Of a DNA stretch of 64,000 bases, positions 1-9,832 are shown piece by piece. The stretch lies in the sequence record PP695294.1; one strand, written 5' to 3'. The position numbers and the translations under genes are program-made. Below the pieces are notes generated by a model that saw nothing but the letters and a program-made list of their open reading frames with translations, did not search any database and was not told where the DNA came from. The stretch's first letter is position 1, and the number at the start of each line of letters is the position of its first letter.

Positions 1-763
1 GGATTTCTGTCCAGGTGTTTGAATTGGACGGTTTATTCCACACCCGTGCGTAGAAGAACTTGTTGGTGAACGTGCGCGTCATCACAAACGTGTTCTGCCC
101 CAACAACGTATCGTTCTCGTCCTTTACACTGTACTGCATCACCGGAATACGGATAGCCAGTATCTGCGACGGTGTGCTAGGAACACTTGTCAGTTCCCAG
201 TCCAACGCGTTAGTGGTTACGGGCGATATCGGTGACTGGGTTTCGGTAATCCACAAGACCTGGAAGGCTGGATTATCAACGGTACCATACGGCAGCACTC
301 GAATTTCGATGGGATACTGAATGGCAAAGTTGTAACCTGAAACAGTAAAGACGGTATCCCGTGGAATCACGACTTTACGAATACCTGCCACGTTTAACGG
401 CATCGCCTTCGCTAATAGAGAGTCGACATCTAGAAGCAACAGTAAGGTCGCTTGTGATGGCTGGGCAAAAACATCGACATAATCCACGTCAGACATATGG
501 CGAAACAGATCGTCGTGAGTTTGTGCCATAGAGGGGAACATTTTCGGAATGGTGTCCCGATCGCCCTGGATAATAGTGTGGCCCATCGTAATTCCGACCT
601 CGGTCATGTAGACCACCGGGTCGGTCGGGTCACGTAGCAGGATTTGCCCGTCGGCGTCCTGCACGTCTTGGAGCTGGTTCAGCATTAATGACTGCATTGC
701 TGATGGGTTATGTGCCATCAGTAGCAAGTCTTTCGATAATGCGTCGTACGTTTTCGTAGTCAT
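1..763 (-). CDS. Baseplate wedge-like virion protein, 5' part, truncated by window edge (phiKZ gp87/SPN3US gp48-like)
   Basis: Absent from ORF track; I translated MTTKTYDALSKDLLLMAHNPSAMQ...DPTDPVV...DLFRHMSDVDY. ATG overlaps the TAA of the 763-2025 gene (TAATG). Confidence 0.7.
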   Translation of the reverse strand, partial: MTTKTYDALSKDLLLMAHNPSAMQSLMLNQLQDVQDADGQILLRDPTDPVVYMTEVGITMGHTIIQGDRDTIPKMFPSMAQTHDDLFRHMSDVDYVDVFAQPSQATLLLLLDVDSLLAKAMPLNVAGIRKVVIPRDTVFTVSGYNFAIQYPIEIRVLPYGTVDNPAFQVLWITETQSPISPVTTNALDWELTSVPSTPSQILAIRIPVMQYSVKDENDTLLGQNTFVMTRTFTNKFFYARVWNKPSNSNTWTEI

Positions 764-2025
764 TACAGTAAGCCCGCTCGTTTAAGGATGAATTGGTAAT
801 CTGCCTGATAAACATACCAGGTCAGTTTACGACGCAGGGAGTCGATGTGCGGATAGCCGTAGTAGTTGAACAGCGGTAGTAGCTGTGGTGCAATCGGCAC
901 AAGCTGGTCTTCAGCAATCGGGATAAAGTTGCCCGCTGCAACGCTCCCTGGTTGCGGCATCATATCCGGGTTAAACATAGACACCGTCAAGTTGAACATC
1001 TCCATGTACAATGGGTCATCGAAGCGCGCCCCGATGCATTGCCAGTTGAGGTTAATTGTGGTGTCGTCATTTAATTGAGGCTTGGTGTTATCGACATTCG
1101 CCATTTGACCGGCGTTATCGTTCATTGGCCAACAAACACACGCTGTCCAGAAACGAGTGATGTTTCCGAGCGCGTCGTATTTGAACCCATACATCCTCGA
1201 CTGGTAGTCAATGCGACGTTGGATGGAATTACGCATCTTCGGTTTGAACTTACCCATCTTAATGCCGGACATATATTCCAGCCACACGCCCATCATTCGC
1301 ATGATGGGGTTGCCGTATGGGTTGTTCAGCGACATTGACATGCTGTACTGGTTATTGATTTCATGTGTGGAGTCAACCATACCCCACTGTTCGCGCATTA
1401 AACCTTCTTCAGACATCCAGTTATCGACAGACTGGTCAGGCATCCCCGAGAGGCTCAGCATCTGCGTACTCAGCAATGGTATGAATGCCTGAAGATTGTC
1501 AAACATAATGTCCTTCATGAATGGCGTGCCCAAACGGTTCTTTCTTCGCCCGTCTTCCATCGGTGAATCAGAGAACCCCAATTCAAAATCTGGGTCTAAC
1601 GCTGCCAGAATGGAATAGTCGAGTGACGATTTCGGCTGAGAAGCCATGTTCGACATCTTGCGCGAGTTGGCAATGTTGTCAAAGCACAAGTTGAAGTCAG
1701 GGCGGGTAATGAAGGTTAGGCCACCGTACTCACGGTTAACAGGCGTCGGGTTCGACGCCATCATATGGTTGAACCCCATGTAGGGGTTGGTCACACGCTG
1801 CGCAGCCAGACCCAAACCTAACGTAAGACGGATACGGTCATTCCAACCCGATAACTCATCATTAACGTTGTACGCCGTGGTGGGTTTCGCATCGGACAGT
1901 CGACGGTCAAAGTAGTCGGCGACCGATGGTACTGCATCGATATTATTCGGGTTTTGATACGAATTGTCGTAGTCGGTATTCGGGTCATACCCCGGATCGT
2001 TCTTATCGGTCTCGTTACTCATCAT
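763..2025 (-). CDS. Virion structural protein, probably baseplate/tail (phiKZ gp88/SPN3US gp49-like)
   Basis: 420 aa ORF; synteny recalled; likely start is ATG 2022 by SD spacing. Confidence 0.6.
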   Translation of the reverse strand: MMSNETDKNDPGYDPNTDYDNSYQNPNNIDAVPSVADYFDRRLSDAKPTTAYNVNDELSGWNDRIRLTLGLGLAAQRVTNPYMGFNHMMASNPTPVNREYGGLTFITRPDFNLCFDNIANSRKMSNMASQPKSSLDYSILAALDPDFELGFSDSPMEDGRRKNRLGTPFMKDIMFDNLQAFIPLLSTQMLSLSGMPDQSVDNWMSEEGLMREQWGMVDSTHEINNQYSMSMSLNNPYGNPIMRMMGVWLEYMSGIKMGKFKPKMRNSIQRRIDYQSRMYGFKYDALGNITRFWTACVCWPMNDNAGQMANVDNTKPQLNDDTTINLNWQCIGARFDDPLYMEMFNLTVSMFNPDMMPQPGSVAAGNFIPIAEDQLVPIAPQLLPLFNYYGYPHIDSLRRKLTWYVYQADYQFILKRAGLL

Positions 2026-2047
2026 TAACTCCGGAGTTTAGTTAAAA

Positions 2048-3166
2048 ATGGCAGAAAAAACATTTGAGACATCGCTCGTCTCCTTTCTTTCTAAGTTTCC
2101 CATGCTGCTTCGCCAGCGGGCGGAATCGACGGAAGAATTCAACTCTGTGCTGTACAACGAGCACACCACGCTGGTTGAACAAAGTCTGTTGGGCTTAGAT
2201 TACCTGCCAGGTATTCTGGAGAAAATCCAAATCCTGCTCGCGGGCAACCAACTTACCGCCATCTCAATTCTGGTAGGTGTTCCTGAGGTTGATATCCTTG
2301 GTACGCTTGACCAGGTTAGCACCCGTCGTAATGCCCTCGATGCGGCTGCACGTTCGGGTTCTCGCTTAGCGTCTTTCGCAATCGGCGAGTCCTCCCGTCA
2401 CACGCTGCCGTCATACGATAAAATCGGGCTTGCGGTCGGTGAATCCCGTCGCCAGAAATCCGATAACAAAGTAGCGACTGAATCGTCCGCAGGTTCTGTG
2501 CTGCCGAACAACACGCTGAAGCTCCTGCATGATCAAGAAGGTCTGTCCAACGGTAAAGTGTTCTCTGTTACCTTCGAACGTGACGGTAATAAAGTCGAGC
2601 TGCCGATGCGTCTGCGTCTTGATGTGAAGTCTCTGCCGACCGACGAAATGAAAACGCTCATTGCGTTCAGCGATCAAACCAAAACCTTCTGGGAACGTGT
2701 GCTGCGTGCGAAGGTCGGTTCTCTCAGCTACGCGAAAGATATCGCGCTGTGCAATGACCTCATTGAAGAATACCGTAAGAACCGCTTCCGTGATAAGTCC
2801 GGTTATTACCGTAAGATGATGGAAAAGAAAAACGCTAACTGGCTGTCTGGCCTGCTGACGCTGAGCCCATCCATCAACAACGCGTCTTCGGTTATGGTGG
2901 TTTCTCAAGAAACTATCGACGATCTGACTGCTCAGCTGGGCGGTGACTTCGATGATTACAATATCCGCCAGCGTGTGTTCAAAGACACCCTGACTGTTTA
3001 CTACGTGGTTGTCGACCAGACCTGGAACCGTGTAACCATTTATACGCGTGGTCAGACCGGGTCTCAAGAACTCGACAAATCAGACTTTAGCAAGGCGAAG
3101 TCCGGTAGCGGCGATGTAAACAAAATCATCGATGCCTATCGCGTCGGCGCGAATCCGGTACTGTAA
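2048..3166 (+). CDS. Inner head protein (phiKZ gp89/SPN3US gp50-like)
   Basis: 372 aa; AIGES, AVGES, VATES protease-type sites in the first ~145 aa; synteny. Confidence 0.6.
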   Translation: MAEKTFETSLVSFLSKFPMLLRQRAESTEEFNSVLYNEHTTLVEQSLLGLDYLPGILEKIQILLAGNQLTAISILVGVPEVDILGTLDQVSTRRNALDAAARSGSRLASFAIGESSRHTLPSYDKIGLAVGESRRQKSDNKVATESSAGSVLPNNTLKLLHDQEGLSNGKVFSVTFERDGNKVELPMRLRLDVKSLPTDEMKTLIAFSDQTKTFWERVLRAKVGSLSYAKDIALCNDLIEEYRKNRFRDKSGYYRKMMEKKNANWLSGLLTLSPSINNASSVMVVSQETIDDLTAQLGGDFDDYNIRQRVFKDTLTVYYVVVDQTWNRVTIYTRGQTGSQELDKSDFSKAKSGSGDVNKIIDAYRVGANPVL

Positions 3167-3176
3167 GGGGAAAAGA

Positions 3177-4109
3177 ATGCCGATTCCGAATATGTTGGCG
3201 ATGTTGCTGCCGAGCTTCGAAGCCACGAACTTAAAAAACCAACTGTCATCTAACTGCGACTCGATTGCTGCGTTAGAGCCACAGTTCCAGAACCTCCAGG
3301 AACTGGTAGGAAGTATCCAGGGTAAGCCATTTAAAGCGAAGTCTGTTGCTGACCTTTCTACTGAAATCGTTAAGTACCTGCATAGCTCCGGTTTGGAAGT
3401 TAAAGGGTTACGTAACGCAAGTATGCTGGAGTACGTCATCGCGTCTATGCAGAACGTACAGGCGCTGCGACCTTTCCTGGAGCAGTGTATCGACCGCGAC
3501 ATCGGGAAGACGTTAGTGACATCATCTCTAACGTTCAACAAACAAACCGTGTTGCAGTTGCTGGATATGATCGAATTCTTCGTCGGTTACGCTAGCACCC
3601 TGATTAACTACATCACGGCCGAAGAGATTGCCGCTGTACAAGACTCGAACATTGCAGTGAAGGGAATCGGTCCGAAAGACCTTCAGTATCTGCAAACTCG
3701 TAAGACGTCTTTCTGTATTGCGGTGCGCGTCCTGGCAACCCCCATTACCAAACTGAAAGCAGACTACGCTGAGATACCTGAAGCGGTGTTTGACGAAGAG
3801 ACATATAGCCAATTGGTTCAGCAGTTCGGTTCGAACACCACTGACCCACTGGGTATGTCCTCCGTTCCGTTCCCGCTGTCGATTATTTACCGCGTGCGTC
3901 TGAACATTGCAGAATGGCAAATGGATCGTTACGACGAGTGCGTGGAAGCCGCGAAAGCGACTGAGCTGCGTATTCTGTTGTACAAGAAACAACTGGCTGC
4001 CGGTGAAGGGGACGTGCACATTGAGAAACTCATCGAAGCGCACGAAAAGCGTTTGATGGAACTCAAGTACAAACGTGAACGTCTGGAGAAAAAATACGGT
4101 CTGGTCTAA
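3177..4109 (+). CDS. Head protein (phiKZ gp90/SPN3US gp51-like)
   Basis: Start moved to ATG 3177 (SD AAGGGG); helical C-terminus; synteny. Confidence 0.55.
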   Translation: MPIPNMLAMLLPSFEATNLKNQLSSNCDSIAALEPQFQNLQELVGSIQGKPFKAKSVADLSTEIVKYLHSSGLEVKGLRNASMLEYVIASMQNVQALRPFLEQCIDRDIGKTLVTSSLTFNKQTVLQLLDMIEFFVGYASTLINYITAEEIAAVQDSNIAVKGIGPKDLQYLQTRKTSFCIAVRVLATPITKLKADYAEIPEAVFDEETYSQLVQQFGSNTTDPLGMSSVPFPLSIIYRVRLNIAEWQMDRYDECVEAAKATELRILLYKKQLAAGEGDVHIEKLIEAHEKRLMELKYKRERLEKKYGLV

Positions 4110-4132
4110 GACCGTATTATCAGGAGAGTCTC

Positions 4133-4690
4133 ATGTTTGACAATGACCAGAATTTTAACCTCGCCGAGAAGTTGATTAAAAACTACATGGCGAAACTGAC
4201 CCAAAACCCCGTGCTGGTTCATGACGACGAACTGATACATGAAACCCTGGAAGCTGCAGCCGTTGTGTTGCCGTATTTCCGCATGATGGGCGCTGACTCT
4301 GTCCAACAAGTATTATATGACGAATATCCGCAGGTCGGTTTTACGTTTAATACGTTTTATAACGAATCTGCATCGTTCATACTTGACGGTAAACGCCGTA
4401 CAGTGTCAACAGGACAGTGGTCCGTTCTTCTGGTATCGTACATGAACGATATCCACTCTACTAAGCAAGTAGAGCGAACTGGTTCTCTGGGCTCACGACT
4501 TCTTGCTGCGGCTTACGGTCGTAGTGGGCAAGTTCGCCGTATGGGAACTGCGCATCAGACGTACACGCCTGACCGGCGTCTATTATCTTATGCAGACCAC
4601 GAACTGCTGGCACGTTGGTTGACACGTCCGAACGGGTTATCCGATATGATCTCGTCGTTAGCAGTGTTTTTAAAAATCGCACGTCCCTAA
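4133..4690 (+). CDS. Virion head protein, unknown function
   Basis: 185 aa, SD AGGAG, in structural operon. Confidence 0.5.
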   Translation: MFDNDQNFNLAEKLIKNYMAKLTQNPVLVHDDELIHETLEAAAVVLPYFRMMGADSVQQVLYDEYPQVGFTFNTFYNESASFILDGKRRTVSTGQWSVLLVSYMNDIHSTKQVERTGSLGSRLLAAAYGRSGQVRRMGTAHQTYTPDRRLLSYADHELLARWLTRPNGLSDMISSLAVFLKIARP

Positions 4691-4746
4691 GGGGGCCCCT
4701 TATCTAGGGGCGTGTAATTGGGTTATAACCAAAGGAACCGAAACAA

Positions 4747-6024
4747 ATGGCAAACTTTGTAAAAAGTAAACTCGCCCGCGAGTCCGTTGAAGCTACCGGC
4801 GACGTAATCGACGGTCTGAGCAACGTTGAACCGGCAGAAGAGAACATCGACGTTCAGCTGGCAGAAGTTGCGTCTATCGACGGTCAGCTGGAACAGCTCG
4901 ATGGTGACCAGGAAACCCTGGCTGCTGATACCGAGCGTACCGAAGCTGCTATCGACGCTGCTGACGAAAAAATCGAAAACGGTGAAGAGATGCCTGAAGA
5001 AGCCATCGCTCACACCGAAGTGGCGCAGGAATCTATCCGTAAGCGTTGGGCTATCGATCGTACCAAACTGGCACGCGAATCTTATCGTCGCGGCCGTGGC
5101 ATGACCAAAGCAGCTCAGGAAGGCTGGAAAGAAACCCTGAAAGATCTGTTCGAACGCTTCGTTGAACTGTGTAAAGCAGTTATCGCGAAAGCGAAAGAGC
5201 TGAAACTGAAGTACATCAACGTTGGTAAGTCCGCGCAGAAACGTGCGAAAGCTTACCAGGAGATGCTGCGTAAGCTCGGCAAACAGAAGAAAGAAAACAT
5301 TTCTGGTGGCTTTATTAGCAAACTGTCTATCGAAGGTGAATTCGATGTGGCCAACTCTATCGCTATCGCGAAAGAGCTGACCGGCGGTAAAGCGAAAGAT
5401 GCCATCAACAAGCTGTCCTCTCAGGCGGCTGACTCTGCTGTAGCGATCACCAAAACTTCAGACGGTACCGCAACCGCTGCTAAAGGCGCTGTTGACGTTG
5501 CCCTGTTTGGTACCGCTGCGAAGAAACTGCGCGCACTGCCGCAATTCGAAGACGGCGAAGGCGGTCAGAAAGTTCTGGCACTGCCAGGCAACGCCTATGT
5601 ACAGACCGGCAGCAAAACTCTGGCAGGCGGTCAGGAATTCACCGCAGTGGCCTTCCTGTCGACGGGTGACGTTTCTGAAACGAAAGAAATCGCTACTCCG
5701 GCTATTTCTGCACTGGCATCTGCTGCGTCTGCCCTGGACGTTATCGGTAAAGGCTTCGAGAAAGTCCTGCAAGACTTCCGCAGCTACGACGCTGACGTTG
5801 AGAAACTGGAAGAGGCTGCTGCCAAAGCTGCTGCCGCTCTGAAAAAATCCAACGACGAAGGCGAGTGGGAAGCGCTGCGTAATGCACGCACTGCGGCTGA
5901 CCAGGCTGTGCGTAACTACCAGACTCTGAACCGTGCTGTGGCTCACGTTGGTAACACTGTTATCAGCGGCCTGAACGGCTACATCGGTGCTGGTATTGGC
6001 GCGTACGAAAAGTCTAAAGCTTAA
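4747..6024 (+). CDS. Abundant inner-head/ejection protein, paralog 1 (SPN3US gp53-like)
   Basis: Acidic propeptide with ARES/AQES/AQE sites; Ala-rich body; strong codon bias. Confidence 0.75.
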   Translation: MANFVKSKLARESVEATGDVIDGLSNVEPAEENIDVQLAEVASIDGQLEQLDGDQETLAADTERTEAAIDAADEKIENGEEMPEEAIAHTEVAQESIRKRWAIDRTKLARESYRRGRGMTKAAQEGWKETLKDLFERFVELCKAVIAKAKELKLKYINVGKSAQKRAKAYQEMLRKLGKQKKENISGGFISKLSIEGEFDVANSIAIAKELTGGKAKDAINKLSSQAADSAVAITKTSDGTATAAKGAVDVALFGTAAKKLRALPQFEDGEGGQKVLALPGNAYVQTGSKTLAGGQEFTAVAFLSTGDVSETKEIATPAISALASAASALDVIGKGFEKVLQDFRSYDADVEKLEEAAAKAAAALKKSNDEGEWEALRNARTAADQAVRNYQTLNRAVAHVGNTVISGLNGYIGAGIGAYEKSKA

Positions 6025-6101
6025 TCCGCTTTACGTACTGAACGTCAGTTGACAAATCATTAATGGCGGTACACGGCGTACCGCCTAGAGGATAGAAAAA
6101 G

Positions 6102-7361
6102 ATGGCAAACTTTGTAAAAAGTAAACTCGCTCGTGAATCTGTCGAAGGCGCAGGCACTGTCGTTCCAGATGGTATCGAGCTGCCGGCTGAGTCCGTGGAA
6201 GGTACTCTGGCTGACATCGAGCATGACACCAAACCGATCGACCAGCTGGACGCAGAAGCAGACGTGCTGGCAGAAGACGGTGACGAAACTGATGCACAGC
6301 TGGATGCAGTTGATGCTGCTGAAGCCGCCGCTGACGGCGAAGGCGAAGATGGCGAAGAGCCAATGGAAGTGGAAGAAGATATGCCTGACGAAGCTGCTGA
6401 GCAGCTGGACGTTGCGCAGGAATCTATCCGTAAGCGTTGGGCATTTGATCACCGCGTAAGCGTTGCGCAGGAATCTTACGGCGCACGTAAACGCCGTCAG
6501 GTTGCTCGCGAATCACTGTGGGACGACATCAAAGCGTTCCTGCAGCGTATCTTCGACTGGCTGAAAGAACAAGGCCGTAAAATCAAAGATCGCTGGCTCA
6601 AGTTCAGCAACCAGGGTAAATCCATTCAGGCACGCGCTAAGAAATATGACGCGGCTCTGCGTGGCCTGGGCAAGCAGAAGAAAGACACCATTAGCGGTGG
6701 GTTCATTAAGAACCTGACCACCGGTGGTAAGTTTGTTGGTGACGACATCAATGCACTGAAAGGTGTTCTGTCTACTATCGGCAGCATCTACGGCGAGCAG
6801 GAAGCAGTGGTCAAAGATGCAACCCGCATGGTCAGCTCAGTTGAAGGCGGCAAACTGAACAGCGGCTTCGCAGCAGCGGTTAACAAAGCCACTGCAGGCA
6901 AAGCGGGCGAAGTTCAACTGCTGGGTAACCAGATCGGTAAAGCTGACGTGAAAGTGAACGGGGATGACCTGGAAGCTTCCTTCACCGTTATCGATGCTGA
7001 AGGCAGCGTAGAAAAATCTGTTTCTACTCCGTCTGCTCAGACGCTGTCTTCTCTGGTTGCGTTCTTCAACCAGCTGGGTAAAGCAGTCGAAGAGAACGTG
7101 AAAGCGTACCACAAAAATAACCAGGCTCAAGAATCGTACGAGCGGGCTATTGAGGCGCTGCTGAAACGTATCGACGGCGTGAAGATCGACGACAACGCTG
7201 AACTGACTTCCAACGTCCGTGTTGCACGTCGTGCAATCACCGTTGCGAACCAGTACATCTCCTGGACCGAACGTTGCGTTGCAACTGGCCAGAAAAACCT
7301 GATCGCCGGCGTTAACGGCTACATCAGCGCTGGTATCGGTGCGTATGAAAAGTCTAAGTAA
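6102..7361 (+). CDS. Abundant inner-head/ejection protein, paralog 2 (SPN3US gp54-like)
   Basis: Same N-terminus MANFVKSKLARESVE, AQESIRKRWA and near-identical C-terminus NGYI.AGIGAYEKSK as 4747-6024. Confidence 0.75.
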   Translation: MANFVKSKLARESVEGAGTVVPDGIELPAESVEGTLADIEHDTKPIDQLDAEADVLAEDGDETDAQLDAVDAAEAAADGEGEDGEEPMEVEEDMPDEAAEQLDVAQESIRKRWAFDHRVSVAQESYGARKRRQVARESLWDDIKAFLQRIFDWLKEQGRKIKDRWLKFSNQGKSIQARAKKYDAALRGLGKQKKDTISGGFIKNLTTGGKFVGDDINALKGVLSTIGSIYGEQEAVVKDATRMVSSVEGGKLNSGFAAAVNKATAGKAGEVQLLGNQIGKADVKVNGDDLEASFTVIDAEGSVEKSVSTPSAQTLSSLVAFFNQLGKAVEENVKAYHKNNQAQESYERAIEALLKRIDGVKIDDNAELTSNVRVARRAITVANQYISWTERCVATGQKNLIAGVNGYISAGIGAYEKSK

Positions 7362-7372
7362 TTAGACTGGCG

Positions 7373-7413
7373 AATCCCCCACTTCGGTGGGGGATTTACC
7401 CTTTCTTTTTTTT
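7373..7413 (+). terminator. Intrinsic terminator
   Basis: AATCCCCCAC-TTCG-GTGGGGGATT plus T tract. Confidence 0.9.
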
Positions 7414-7431
7414 GTCTCAGATTAGAAAAGA

Positions 7432-7456
7432 TTTCAGATATATATTACCTAGGTGA
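7432..7456 (+). promoter_or_regulatory. Early (virion RNAP-type) promoter
   Basis: TTTCAGATATATATTACCTAGGTGA contains the phiKZ early motif TATATTAC; identical copy at 15937. Confidence 0.75.
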
Positions 7457-7498
7457 GATTGCATTGGTAATCTTTTAACCGACCATCACTTAAGGAAT

Positions 7499-8260
7499 AT
7501 GAAAATGAAAACTATCAATCTGCTTACTCTGGCTAATGGCTCTATCGAACGTAGCGAAGACGACGGTGCTATCCTGCAAGCAACCAACGGCTTTAAAATT
7601 AGACTGTCCCCAATTCAATTCACCGGCTTACAAGTCTGGCTGCGCGAAATCAACAAACGCAAACTGCCGCGCCGTATGGCGGTTGGCGACCTGCTCTTTA
7701 CACTGGATAACGTTGACGGTGTTAAACCGGAACTGTACGAAGTTCAGTACAAAGCCGCAGTCGATACACTGCGCCTGAAGAAAGGGGAAGAAATCAAATT
7801 CATTCCGGTGACCTATAATGGTAACAATTACCTGCAGATGGAAGACACTCCGTTCGCTGCGCACGTCACTGACACTGCTGTTGAATTGGTCATTGCCTTT
7901 GGTCTGGTTGCGACTCCGGCGGTACTGGAAATCAGCGAAGACCCACTGCAAGATTTCGGTACGCTGTTCGATACCATGCTGGGTGGCATGAAGCTCGGGA
8001 ATATCACCAAGGTCATCCGCCGTATTCCGATTCTGAATGCGCAGCCGAAAGTGATGACCCTGGCAGAAAGCATGATGGAACACCCGGAGCTGACTGCTGA
8101 AGAAATTCAGGCGCAAGAAGACGCAATTGAAGAAGAACGTCAGAACGCCCAGCGTGAAGCCATGAAGCCGTTCCGTGGTTTCCTGGATGCTATCTTCGAC
8201 TGTGCTAACTCGCTGATGAAACCAGTTGAAGTGAAAACCGCTGAAGAACCAGCAGCGTAA
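7499..8260 (+). CDS. Hypothetical early protein
   Basis: 253 aa, SD TAAGGA, strong codon bias. Confidence 0.8.
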   Translation: MKMKTINLLTLANGSIERSEDDGAILQATNGFKIRLSPIQFTGLQVWLREINKRKLPRRMAVGDLLFTLDNVDGVKPELYEVQYKAAVDTLRLKKGEEIKFIPVTYNGNNYLQMEDTPFAAHVTDTAVELVIAFGLVATPAVLEISEDPLQDFGTLFDTMLGGMKLGNITKVIRRIPILNAQPKVMTLAESMMEHPELTAEEIQAQEDAIEEERQNAQREAMKPFRGFLDAIFDCANSLMKPVEVKTAEEPAA

Positions 8261-8318
8261 ATATTACGTTAGCCTGAAACCGTATGTAATCGACCATTAA
8301 TCTTAAGGAGCATTTATA

Positions 8319-8864
8319 ATGAAACGTGTCAATCTTAAAGATGTTATTAGCGTAAGTAACGATAAATCATCGCCCCTTTGGGATGAGGTTACTACGCTGC
8401 AATTTAGTACCAGTGCCATGACAATCCCACGTCCAGTTATGATTGGTCTGGGCGTATTCATTTTAGAATGCGACCGTCGTTCAACAGGCACGCACATTCT
8501 AACGTACGGTGGGTACGAGTTTGTCGTCGAAAGCGAACTTAACAAACATTGCTCAGAGGGCATCATCGGTCTTTGGAAATACTTAATCGATGCGGGATTG
8601 TCCGACATGTCTAAAGTCTGTAGTCACGATTACGGTAAGTTGGAGCATTTTGTTCGTCGTAACGGTGAGCGTGTTCCGGTGACGATTGATGGTTACCAGA
8701 CCAAAATGGTCACCGCGCCTTACAGCGCTGAGGGGATACGTGCAACGCTTTACATTCGCCAGACGCTCGTACGTGATGACCTGTTAGACGAAGCAGAGCA
8801 AACTCTACATGGTCGTGTTGTGAACCTCGCACCGTCTTACGACGCGCAGCGTATGGTTCAATGA
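8319..8864 (+). CDS. Hypothetical protein
   Basis: 181 aa, SD TAAGGAG. Confidence 0.75.
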   Translation: MKRVNLKDVISVSNDKSSPLWDEVTTLQFSTSAMTIPRPVMIGLGVFILECDRRSTGTHILTYGGYEFVVESELNKHCSEGIIGLWKYLIDAGLSDMSKVCSHDYGKLEHFVRRNGERVPVTIDGYQTKMVTAPYSAEGIRATLYIRQTLVRDDLLDEAEQTLHGRVVNLAPSYDAQRMVQ

Positions 8865-8870
8865 TTTAAT

Positions 8871-8900
8871 AAGGTGGCCTAACAAGCCACCTTCTTTTTT
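8871..8900 (+). terminator. Intrinsic terminator
   Basis: AAGGTGGC-7nt-GCCACCTT plus T tract. Confidence 0.75.
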
Positions 8901-8911
8901 GGGATTGTGTG

Positions 8912-9283
8912 ATGACCGATAAATTTAAATTTGAGATGACGCCAGAAACCGCAAACGTAGAACCGCAGATTCGCCTCCGTGTACGAGATGACGAATACTG
9001 TCTAGCGATAGTTGAAGAAGACCTGGCAGAGGCCTTGTTGCTGCTCGGCGACAGAGAATGGCTTGGCACGCTAACTATTAGGCTTAAGAGGCCGTTGGTT
9101 GGTAGTGGGATGTTTGCAGGTTGCTGTACGAACAGTCTGTTGGTCGAAGTGGATGCCAGAACGGTATCACTGTCGGTGATTCTGGACTATCCGGTGACAT
9201 TCTCGTATAGCCGTCTTGAATTTAGTCGTTATTTACGTCGCGCAATGAAAGAATTATCTAAAGCACGTAGGAGCAAACCGTGA
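8912..9283 (+). CDS. Hypothetical protein
   Basis: ~123 aa; stop overlaps DHFR start (GTGA). Confidence 0.7.
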   Translation: MTDKFKFEMTPETANVEPQIRLRVRDDEYCLAIVEEDLAEALLLLGDREWLGTLTIRLKRPLVGSGMFAGCCTNSLLVEVDARTVSLSVILDYPVTFSYSRLEFSRYLRRAMKELSKARRSKP

Positions 9284-9831
9284 AACTCTCTATTATCGTC
9301 GCGATGGACCGCAACAACGCCATCGGTAAAAACAACGAACTGCCGTGGCGTCTGCCTGCCGACCTGGCTAACTTTAAGGCAATCACCACAGGGAAGAACG
9401 TTATCATGGGCAGTAAGACCTGGGAATCGTTAGGTTGCCGTCCTTTGCCTAACCGCGGCAACTTAATTGTTACTCGTAACCCAGAAGGGTATATCAGTGG
9501 CCGGGAAGAACACACGGACATGCGTTTGGTGACGTTTCACACGAGTATTGATTTAGCCATCAAAGCTCTGGAACGTATCGAGAAAGATACCGGGAAAGAG
9601 CAAGAGGTGATGATTATTGGCGGCGCATCAATTTATCAACAAACCCTCGCTCGTGCGGATCGTATTTATCTATCGCGTATTGACATTGCTGTTGAAGGTG
9701 CAGATGCTTTCTTCCCAGAAATCGACAGAGATGTTTTTCAAGTCGACTACACCATGACCCATTTACCCGACGGCCAGAAACACACGCACCGTTGGACGTA
9801 TCAAATTTTAAATCGTATCGCTGGAGTTTAA
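9280..9831 (+). CDS. folA: Dihydrofolate reductase
   Basis: IVAMDRNNAIGKNNELPWRLPADLANFK, VIMGSKTWES, RPLPNR, IIGGASIY motifs. Confidence 0.95.
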   Translation: MKLSIIVAMDRNNAIGKNNELPWRLPADLANFKAITTGKNVIMGSKTWESLGCRPLPNRGNLIVTRNPEGYISGREEHTDMRLVTFHTSIDLAIKALERIEKDTGKEQEVMIIGGASIYQQTLARADRIYLSRIDIAVEGADAFFPEIDRDVFQVDYTMTHLPDGQKHTHRWTYQILNRIAGV

Positions 9832-9832
9832 A

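Noticed and set aside
2411-3067. 218-aa minus-strand ORF and similar shadows (3528, 5458, 7628, 46114)
   Set aside because: Fully inside well-supported + strand genes; no independent signals
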